From an uncultured Candidatus Saccharibacteria bacterium (GTDB lineage: Bacteria > Patescibacteriota > DYJS01 > CAYMEI01): DNA of 32,815 nt. The position numbers and the translations under genes were made by a program. Below are positions 1-8,265 of the stretch, piece by piece. The notes beneath the pieces are model-generated. The model saw nothing but the letters and a program-made list of their open reading frames with translations. It searched no databases and was not told the DNA's origin. The stretch spans positions 1 through 32,815 of the forward strand of contig CAYMEI010000002.1 of the NCBI GenBank assembly GCA_964389605.1. The letters run 5' to 3'. Within the stretch, counting starts at the first letter, position 1, and each line of letters starts with the position of its first letter.

Positions 1-22
1 GGCTAAAGCACGCCTTAAGCGG

Positions 23-55
23 TTACAGGGGTGGACACCGAAGGTGGACGGGGTA
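23..55 (+). repeat. Partial copy of the GC-rich TTACAGGGG(C/T)GGAC repeat family
   Basis: ttacaggggtggac at 23-36 matches the 5' half of the copies at 5238, 5328 and 5372. It is followed by a second GGTGGAC at 43-49. There is no complementary arm, so it is not a hairpin here. Confidence 0.3.
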
Positions 56-342
56 ATAATACTCTCTGTCTATCAATTGTATACCTGTTTAGATTTATTA
101 ATTCAGGTACCCTGAGCTTTAAATCCAGTACAAAACATTTAATTATTTGTCTGAATTTGTCTCTGGGTGAGTTTGCTACTTTCTGGTCTTAGTCTTTTGT
201 ACATCTATACATTTTATTTATATGTTAAGATGCTGGTTTTGTGTATATGACCCAATATTTTTACTGAATTTAGATGCACGCTTATTAGTTAAGAGTTTTT
301 GAGCTGATTTTACTTTACCGCTCTGGAATTGACTTTATTTTC

Positions 343-1707
<1,365 letters not shown>

Positions 1708-1786
1708 TCATTTTTAAATTAATTGAAATTAAAAGCTTATCAATTGGTTTTAAAGCATAATAAATATTGTATAATTAATTAAGGCA

Positions 1787-2278
1787 ATGAAATTATACGG
1801 ATCAGACGGAAAGCATATCAGGAGACTGAAAAAGATGCACCTGCTACCATCTGAAGAGCCTGGTTATAGATTTTTAATGGAAGCCCAGGAGCTTACTAGG
1901 GGTCTGGCTCAAGTATGCGGACCCAGAATTTTAACAGGAGACTCTGAAATTTTTGAGTTATACAGAACAAAGGATTTTGGTACAGACCTGGAAATACCTT
2001 TAAATTATATGAAAATACATGATTTTTTGTCCGGAACTCTTAAGACACTGTTTGGTACAGAATTGTACTATCTTTTAATACACCCGGATTTCCATGTCGG
2101 AGAGCTAAAGCATCGACTGATCAGTGCTTTCTGGCTATCTGGTGCAAGTTACGCAAAATCGCTTGCCAGCTTTGCTTCTCACATATGCAACACTATAAAC
2201 ATTAAGATTTTCGAGATATACAAAGCCAGAAACATGAATGAGTGCAAGGAAATCATTGCCAGATATATAATAAAATAA
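1787..2278 (+). CDS. Hypothetical protein, no recognisable motif
   Basis: 163-aa ATG-initiated ORF filling the gap between atpD and argS on the opposite strand. No other frame is open here. No signal peptide, TM segment or catalytic motif seen. Confidence 0.4.
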   Translation: MKLYGSDGKHIRRLKKMHLLPSEEPGYRFLMEAQELTRGLAQVCGPRILTGDSEIFELYRTKDFGTDLEIPLNYMKIHDFLSGTLKTLFGTELYYLLIHPDFHVGELKHRLISAFWLSGASYAKSLASFASHICNTINIKIFEIYKARNMNECKEIIARYIIK

Positions 2279-2298
2279 TAAGCTACAACTGGTTAATA

Positions 2299-4872
2299 CT
2301 ACATCTCCTCTATTTTTTCCAGACCAAGAATTTCCATTAATTGAGATAGTGTGTTATAAAATAGTTGTACTTCCTGAGACCTGATCAGTCTTTCTGAGTT
2401 GTCTGAAGACAGCACTTTTATATTTGTATAAAGCCTAGAGAAACTTTTGCATAGATCAAAAGCATAATCGCAAATTCTTGAAGTGCTCAACTCTTCAAAC
2501 GCAATGGCAATAACTCTCTCAAAGTCTGCAATCTTACTCAGAAGCTCGCTTTCGTAATCAGAAAAATTGTATTCAGAGTAATCAACATTTACGGCATCCA
2601 TGCAGGCAGAACTTTTTTGCATCTTGCTTAGTATCTTTCCTGCCCGTGCAAAACTGTACAAAATATATACTCCGGTGTTTCCATCAGATTTTAAGGCCTC
2701 ATCAATATCAAAAACTATTTCTGTCTGAGAATTAAATTTAAGCATAAAGTATCTGATTGCCCCTGCAGCAATTTTTTGTGCCTGTTTTTTTATATCCTCA
2801 CTTTCAAGCCCTTCCTGCTCAAGAATCTTTTTAAATCTTTCTAAAATAACTATATGTGGTTTTCCGCTTGTGCCATCGCATTCCTGCTTTTTTTGTAATA
2901 CTTCGTCTGCATCCCCAAACTTAACTACAAATCTGCCTTTTTCATATTCATCCAGATTTTGCTCTACTTTGTCTTTGGAGTGCAGCAGAACCAGAAATCC
3001 ATTATTAATATTCAATATATCTCTAGCACCCGCCCCTTCTTTTCTGTGTATCTTTACAGCATCTCCAATTTTGCCAAGTATTGTAATATCATAAAAACCG
3101 GTTTCTTCTATTATTTCTCTTCTAAGTGCCTGCTCCAGAGACTCATCTGCATTTACCCCACCCCCCACCAGAGTAATCAACCCATCTTGCCATTCCTGGT
3201 ACGCAGTCTTGCCAGTTTTTTCATCCAGCAGAATTGCAGAAACTGTGGTCCTGGTGCTCTCATTTTCCGTCTGTTCACCAAACTCAAGTTCTTCATTAAA
3301 AATACTATCATATTTAGATAGATCTATTTTGCCTGCATCTTTGAGCTTATGAGCCATGATTTTTTTGCTCATTATCTGCAAAAGATCGTCTACTTTTATC
3401 TCAACACCTTTTCTGCCACTAAATGCAACTGATTTCTTTTGTTTTTCCTCGTTGGTTAAAACGGCTCCAAAGTCCTGTGCAGTTTCCGGACTAAGTGTCA
3501 TAAAGGCATAGCTTAAGTGGTGCATATTGTGACCATGATCAAATCCTGCAGCAATTATTGATTGCTTGACTGCATCAATTACATAATCCTGTCTGGAATC
3601 AACAACTGTTATCAGGTTTTTAGCCCCATTAAAGTTTTTTTCTTCCCCTTCTTCTTCTGAAATATAACAATCAGAACCATTTTGTTGCGTAATCAAGTTC
3701 TTATAGAATAATTGTTTTCTAAGTAGCCCAAATTTCCATAAATGAAGTGCAATATCTTTAGCGGTGTAGACTTTTATACCATTGCTTTTAACCAGCACCT
3801 TATCATCTTGTGGTTTACCACTTGAATCTTTAAGATTTTTTAAAACCCAGCAACCTGCGTTTTTGCCGTTAGTCTCGTAAGTAAAATTATCTGTTTTTTT
3901 GAGTATCTCAAATGCCTCATCCCATAAATCCAGCTTAATAATGGAGCTTTCAGAGATCATGAAGTCATAAAAAATACTAAAATTCTCCATGGTCTGTATA
4001 TGCCTTTTCAGGATTGCCTTTGTAAGTTTTTTACTGAATTCATATACAGCTCCTTCACACGATTCAATTTGCTTATGAATTTCTTCCTTAATGTCTTTAA
4101 TAAGTTCGTATTCTACCACAAGCTGTTGAATTAGTACATATACTTTTGATGCTATGTGGTCTACTTTTTCCAGCTTAGAAATACTAATTTCTCCCGGGTT
4201 TAACTTTTTAAGATAATCAACGGATGATTTTTCAGAATCAGGAATTTCAAAATTATTTAGAGATAATCCATTGATTATATTTTGAAAATCTTTTTCTTCT
4301 GCAATTGCCTGAGAAAAATAATCCTTTAAAAGCAAAAAGCCGGTAGTTATAAACACCACCTGATTGCCAAGATCATCATCATAGCTGTGAGGAACGGCCT
4401 TGTAGCCCAAAAAACTGAGTAGTCTGGTTATTGAATCGCCCAGTGTAGCATTTCTGATGTGCCCGAGGTGCAGCGCTTTGTTTGGATTTGCAGAAGTATG
4501 CTCAACCAAATAATCAATTGGTTTTGCTTTATTATACTTTGTTATTTTTTTAACAGGTTTTTTTAACAGGTTTTTCAGGAGCTCATCTTTTTTAACCCAG
4601 ATATTCAGGTAACCATTTACAAATTCAACCCTTGATACAATTGTAGAATTTACAATCTCAGACCGTAGCCGTTCATAAATATCTTTAGGGGATTTTTTAA
4701 ACTCTTTTGCAAGTTTAAACAAGATAGTTGAACTAAAATCTCCAGGCTCTGTGCCGGGCGGAATTGTAACTTCAGTTTCTGGAATAGTTGCACTGCCCTG
4801 AGTCTCCACGGGTTCCTTGATGAGTAGGTTTTTTATTGAATTGTTGATTAGATTTTTAATTTCATCCTGCAC
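2299..4872 (-). CDS. argS: Arginine--tRNA ligase (class I) with an embedded Nudix module
   Basis: GTG start. The N-terminal additional domain is ArgRS-like (GDFSSTILFKLAKEFKKSP...VNGYLNIW). The HIGH motif reads HTSANPNKALHLGHIRN, followed by YDDDLGNQV. The MSTR-like loop reads AFSGRKGVEIKVDDLL. The DALR anticodon-binding part reads AIRYFML...DGNTGVYILYSFAR, and the C-terminal residue is Met as in ArgRS generally. At 857 aa it is about 250-300 aa longer than typical bacterial ArgRS. Confidence 0.9.
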   Translation of the reverse strand: MQDEIKNLINNSIKNLLIKEPVETQGSATIPETEVTIPPGTEPGDFSSTILFKLAKEFKKSPKDIYERLRSEIVNSTIVSRVEFVNGYLNIWVKKDELLKNLLKKPVKKITKYNKAKPIDYLVEHTSANPNKALHLGHIRNATLGDSITRLLSFLGYKAVPHSYDDDLGNQVVFITTGFLLLKDYFSQAIAEEKDFQNIINGLSLNNFEIPDSEKSSVDYLKKLNPGEISISKLEKVDHIASKVYVLIQQLVVEYELIKDIKEEIHKQIESCEGAVYEFSKKLTKAILKRHIQTMENFSIFYDFMISESSIIKLDLWDEAFEILKKTDNFTYETNGKNAGCWVLKNLKDSSGKPQDDKVLVKSNGIKVYTAKDIALHLWKFGLLRKQLFYKNLITQQNGSDCYISEEEGEEKNFNGAKNLITVVDSRQDYVIDAVKQSIIAAGFDHGHNMHHLSYAFMTLSPETAQDFGAVLTNEEKQKKSVAFSGRKGVEIKVDDLLQIMSKKIMAHKLKDAGKIDLSKYDSIFNEELEFGEQTENESTRTTVSAILLDEKTGKTAYQEWQDGLITLVGGGVNADESLEQALRREIIEETGFYDITILGKIGDAVKIHRKEGAGARDILNINNGFLVLLHSKDKVEQNLDEYEKGRFVVKFGDADEVLQKKQECDGTSGKPHIVILERFKKILEQEGLESEDIKKQAQKIAAGAIRYFMLKFNSQTEIVFDIDEALKSDGNTGVYILYSFARAGKILSKMQKSSACMDAVNVDYSEYNFSDYESELLSKIADFERVIAIAFEELSTSRICDYAFDLCKSFSRLYTNIKVLSSDNSERLIRSQEVQLFYNTLSQLMEILGLEKIEEM
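2887..3252 (-). other. Nudix hydrolase domain inserted inside ArgRS (Nudix box at 3094-3162)
   Basis: Residues about 541-662. GGVNADESLEQALRREIIEETGF fits Gx5Ex7REUxEExGU at every defined position. It is preceded by the beta-strand-like TVSAILLDEKTGK typical of the Nudix fold. Confidence 0.75.
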
Positions 4873-5019
4873 ATCTTTAATTTAACGAGAGTGTATTTTT
4901 AGTCTATCATACAGTTTATTTGACTAATAAAAATCACTTATCAGGATTGTTGTTAAAGCTAGGTGTGATGAGAACCAGTTACTTAGTGCATTGCAGGCTA
5001 TGAGTGTACACTAAAATAA

Positions 5020-5275
5020 CACAGATAATTTAAATACTTGTAACACAGCATGCTTGGATCGGGTACGATTTGCTGCTGAAGGTGGCAAAAAAGCCACCAT
5101 TGCAGGATGAAACCGGGGCAGGTCACAACTCACCGTGCATATCCAAAAATTAATAGCCTCTTTTGATACCCCCACTCTTACCCACAATCCATTTAAGAGT
5201 GGGGAACAAAAACTCCTGCCCCCTGCTACGCTCCATCTTTACTACAGGGGCGGACCTGCGTGTCCCCCTTTTTTT
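5020..5275 (+). ncRNA. Candidate small structured RNA (three strong hairpins, the last terminator-like)
   Basis: Hairpin 1 is 5074-5105: GGTGGC-A6-GCCACC with a flanking CTGC/GCAG extension. Hairpin 2 is a perfect 11-bp stem, CCCCACTCTTA 5170-5180 with TAAGAGTGGGG 5194-5204. Hairpin 3 plus a T7 run is at 5247-5275. A weak promoter-like TTGCAG-15 nt-TAAAAT lies at 4991-5017. No known RNA family recognised. Confidence 0.25.
5247..5275 (+). terminator. Intrinsic-terminator-like hairpin plus T7
   Basis: GGGGCGGAC (5247-5255), loop ctgcgt, GTCCCCC (5262-5268), with one bulged C, followed directly by TTTTTTT (5269-5275). No protein gene lies upstream on the + strand. Confidence 0.4.
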
Positions 5276-5327
5276 AGAGTATTATTGCAGACACAAACAT
5301 GCGTATCCACCCAACACTGTTCTGATC

Positions 5328-5510
5328 TTTATTACAGGGGCGGGGTTCTCCCACCCTTAATATCTAATTATGTTACTGCAGGGGCGGACCCGTGTCCGCC
5401 CTCCTGTAGTGTACAGTTACTATATAACTACTATATAACTTTTTTATCTTTTTAGATATTTAAAGGTTTCTAGTTTTAGGGGGCAGAAGAACCCCGCCCC
5501 TGCAGTAGTT
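5328..5510. repeat. GC-rich palindromic repeat cluster, a MITE-like unit bounded by a 15-bp perfect inverted repeat
   Basis: CAGGGGCGGGGTTCT at 5335-5349 is the exact reverse complement of AGAACCCCGCCCCTG at 5488-5502. The pair encloses a 15-bp bulged hairpin at 5375-5410, whose core is GGGCGGAC/GTCCGCCC. It also encloses an 11-bp tandem duplication, actatataact x2, at about 5419-5440. Confidence 0.55.
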
Positions 5511-5744
5511 CTACTAAACAATAAACATGGTTTTGATTTAATAATGTGGGCAGGGGTGAGCATTTCGGAATAAATGAAAGATAAATCTAAATCTTAAGAT
5601 TAGAGCCTGGTCAGCTGTAGAAATCAGCTGTGAGGGAGTAGTAGGCAAATTAAAAAGCAATACAGGCACAATATTTTAAAAACAAAAAAAAACGATCAGA
5701 AATAGCTTTGCATATTTTCTACTTTATCTTAAGAGTGTATTGTA

Positions 5745-6170
5745 ATGGCACCAAAAAAACAAGTTAAAGCTATTGTAAAACTGAACCTGCAGGCAACAAA
5801 AGCAAATCCTGCACCCCCTGTTGGTACAGCACTGGGTCCTCATGGAATTGCTATGATGGACTTCTGTAAGCAGTATAATGACCAGACCAGAGGGATGGAG
5901 GGAATTATTCCCTGTGTTGTAACAGTTTATTCAGACAGAACATTCACTTTTGTTTTAAAAACACCACCGGCATCAGAATTGCTCAAAAAGGCTGCAGGAA
6001 TACAGAAAGGAAGCAGTAAGCCCAGCATAGACAAGGTTGGCAGGGTAACAAAGGCACAGGTGATGGAGATAGTTAAAACAAAAGGGTCAGACCTTTCGGC
6101 TCACGAAGAAGATCGGGCGGTTAAGATTATTGAGGGTACTGCAAGAAGTATGGGTATACGAGTAGAGTAA
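5745..6170 (+). CDS. rplK: 50S ribosomal protein L11
   Basis: 141 aa. [24 protein letters not shown] and the rest match L11 over the full length. Confidence 0.95.
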   Translation: MAPKKQVKAIVKLNLQATKANPAPPVGTALGPHGIAMMDFCKQYNDQTRGMEGIIPCVVTVYSDRTFTFVLKTPPASELLKKAAGIQKGSSKPSIDKVGRVTKAQVMEIVKTKGSDLSAHEEDRAVKIIEGTARSMGIRVE

Positions 6171-6172
6171 GT

Positions 6173-7255
6173 ATGAAAATAGCTTCAAGGGTTTTTCTTG
6201 TATGTGTGTGTGCTTTTTCTTTGAGTGCATGCCAGTTTAAATCAAGTCAGCCAAAAGAAGAAGATAATAATAAAAAGACTGAAGTCAGGGAGCCAAAAGA
6301 GCTTCCTTTTGATGTTTTGACCCAGAATATGTTGATTGATCCAAAAGAATCAACTGAAAGTACACAAGAGATAGAAGATATAAAGGAGCAGGTTGTGAGT
6401 CTTTTAGATTCCAGTGTCTCTGATCCAATCTTTTCTTTTAGCCATTCTCCTGTGCTGGATCAGACGTTGATCGCTGTTGGATCTGAGTCAGATAATTCTC
6501 CAGAAGATAAATACAAAAAGTTTAGAGCAATATTTTTAGCCAACAGGAGACTGGATTTAGCCAAAGTTCTTGAGTACGAAGATGAAGATGAATTCTTGAT
6601 TAATCCTGTTTTTTCTGCTGATGGTATAAGCGAGATTGGATGGTTTGCATTTAATAGAGAAAGGGAGCAGACTGCTAGGAGGATCAGTGTTTACAGTATA
6701 GAAGGGAGCATGCTTACAGAATATGATATTTTACCACCTTCTGGTGTGTATATGGATCACTACGATCTGGCTGTTTTTTCTGATCAGTTCATATTTAAAA
6801 CAGACAGGGTGCAGAAACCTTTTGCAAATACAGTTTTTACTAGGGCATTCAGGAATACTCTTCAGCTAAACCCGGTACCGCTGATTTTTAACTCTGATGC
6901 TTATCCACAAGTGCTCCCGGTAGGGAACCCAATACTTTTTGAAAAGTTGATTGGATATAGAGAAATATCTCAATCTGAGCAGGAGATATTTTATTTTCTA
7001 AGATCAGACAACAGATTTTATTTAATTTCTCAGATATTGTCTGACACGCCAGAGTTAAGTGTACTGAGCACCTTTGACGGAGAAAGTATATCAGGAAACT
7101 CTGAATTAGCTGTAGACAGGGGTGTGTATTTTGTGATTAATGATCTAACCGAGAAGTCAACCTTTTATTTTTTTAGAAAAACATCGGGGGATTTAATAGA
7201 AATGGATTATGATATGGAAAAGTATGGAGAAAATTTTACAATTATAAATTCTTAA
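6173..7255 (+). CDS. Putative lipoprotein, function unknown
   Basis: 360 aa. The signal peptide has lipobox FSLSAC (Cys20). The mature N-terminus is acidic and low-complexity. It starts 2 nt after the rplK stop. Confidence 0.6.
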   Translation: MKIASRVFLVCVCAFSLSACQFKSSQPKEEDNNKKTEVREPKELPFDVLTQNMLIDPKESTESTQEIEDIKEQVVSLLDSSVSDPIFSFSHSPVLDQTLIAVGSESDNSPEDKYKKFRAIFLANRRLDLAKVLEYEDEDEFLINPVFSADGISEIGWFAFNREREQTARRISVYSIEGSMLTEYDILPPSGVYMDHYDLAVFSDQFIFKTDRVQKPFANTVFTRAFRNTLQLNPVPLIFNSDAYPQVLPVGNPILFEKLIGYREISQSEQEIFYFLRSDNRFYLISQILSDTPELSVLSTFDGESISGNSELAVDRGVYFVINDLTEKSTFYFFRKTSGDLIEMDYDMEKYGENFTIINS

Positions 7256-7257
7256 AA

Positions 7258-7767
7258 ATGAGTGATAAAACAACAGGTACAGGATATAATATTATAATAA
7301 CCGTAGCCGAAAAAGAGGCTTTACAAAAAAGACTGGAGCGCTTAATAAATGTAGCAAGACCGCAGGCCACTAGGAAATTGCAGGAGGCAAGAGAGCTTGG
7401 AGATTTAAGTGAAAATCAGTTATATGACGAGGCTTTAAAGCAAATTTCAGACATTGATTCACAGATAGACCAGATAAAAGAAAAGATTGCCAATGCTCAG
7501 GTGGTGGATACCAGCCAGAAACTGGGTATAGTGTCTATGGGGGATACAATACTTGCACAATTTAAAGAATTAAATGGAAATCCGGGTGTTGAGTTTAAAT
7601 TTAAAATAGTTGGCTCAATAGAGGCTGATCCTGCACAGAACAAGTTCAGCGCAGCCTCTCCTGTTGGAAAGGCAATAGTAGGGCTTAAAAAGGGGGACAA
7701 TTTCTCTTACACTGTTAGCAATAAGACAATAGAGGGGGTAATCAAAGATATTATTGACGAAGAATAG
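7258..7767 (+). CDS. greA: Transcription elongation factor GreA
   Basis: 169 aa. N-terminal coiled coil with ARELGDLSENQLYDEA. C-terminal globular domain with SAASPVGKAIVGLKKGD. Confidence 0.9.
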   Translation: MSDKTTGTGYNIIITVAEKEALQKRLERLINVARPQATRKLQEARELGDLSENQLYDEALKQISDIDSQIDQIKEKIANAQVVDTSQKLGIVSMGDTILAQFKELNGNPGVEFKFKIVGSIEADPAQNKFSAASPVGKAIVGLKKGDNFSYTVSNKTIEGVIKDIIDEE

Positions 7768-8212
7768 GGATGCAAGGTTGCATGCTTTAAATTTAATTTC
7801 AAAAAGAGACTATTCAGAATATAGCTTAAAAACCAGGCTGGCACAGAAGGGCTTTAGCTCTGTAGATATAAATCAGGTAGTAGATTTCTTAAAAGTCAGT
7901 AACCTGTTAAACGATACTCGTTTTGCTGAGAACTTAGTCTACTCGCTAAGAATCAGGGGATATGGAGAAAGGATGATTAAGATTAAGCTAAAACAGAAAG
8001 GTATCCAGGGAGACTTAATTAATAGTATGGTTTCTGGGCAAAATGATGATAGCGGAGTAGATAAATACACAGTAATATCTGATTTAATTGATAAAAAATT
8101 AAGGCAGGGCAAGGATTTTAATAAAATTTCTGGCTTTTTGCTAAGAAGGGGTTTTTTGCTGTCTGAATTTCTACCAATCTTAAAGCAAAAAACCGAAGAC
8201 CAGGAAAATTAA
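7754..8212 (+). CDS. recX: Recombination regulator RecX
   Basis: 152 aa with a TTG start that overlaps the greA end by 14 nt. It shows repeated three-helix RecX pattern: ALNLISKRDYSEYSLKTRLAQKGF, NDTRFAENLV and GYGERMIKIKLKQKGI. Confidence 0.8.
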   Translation: MTKNRDARLHALNLISKRDYSEYSLKTRLAQKGFSSVDINQVVDFLKVSNLLNDTRFAENLVYSLRIRGYGERMIKIKLKQKGIQGDLINSMVSGQNDDSGVDKYTVISDLIDKKLRQGKDFNKISGFLLRRGFLLSEFLPILKQKTEDQEN

Positions 8213-8265
8213 CAAGTTTTGCAAAAAAAAACTCAGGTTCTATATATCTTAATGAAAATATCCAT

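Noticed and set aside
5135-5455. Track ORFs 5135-5455 (106 aa) and 5163-5360 (65 aa) in the argS-rplK spacer
   Set aside because: Their translations are Pro/Gly/Cys/Tyr-rich strings (YYRGGPACPP, YYRGGVLPP, TAGADPCPP). These simply spell out the repeated GC-rich palindromes in protein space. They have no start context, and they overlap each other in different frames.
5238-5510. Possible CRISPR array formed by the CAGGGGCGG repeats
   Set aside because: Copy spacing is irregular (about 90, 44 and 115 nt), one copy is inverted, and the copies differ in their 3' halves. No cas genes are present. The region behaves as REP/MITE-like palindromes, not as a direct-repeat array.
4900-5560. Known housekeeping RNAs (RNase P RNA, tmRNA, SRP RNA, T-box leader for argS) in the GC-rich spacer
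   Set aside because: I could not find the diagnostic strings on either strand. These are GGAAAGUCCGG and ACAGAAnCCGGCUUA (RNase P), a tRNA-like GGGG...UCCACCA pair with an alanine-rich tag ORF (tmRNA), and GGAAGCAGCC-type domain IV (SRP). The T-box GGUGGUACCGCG is also absent. A covariance-model scan is still needed.
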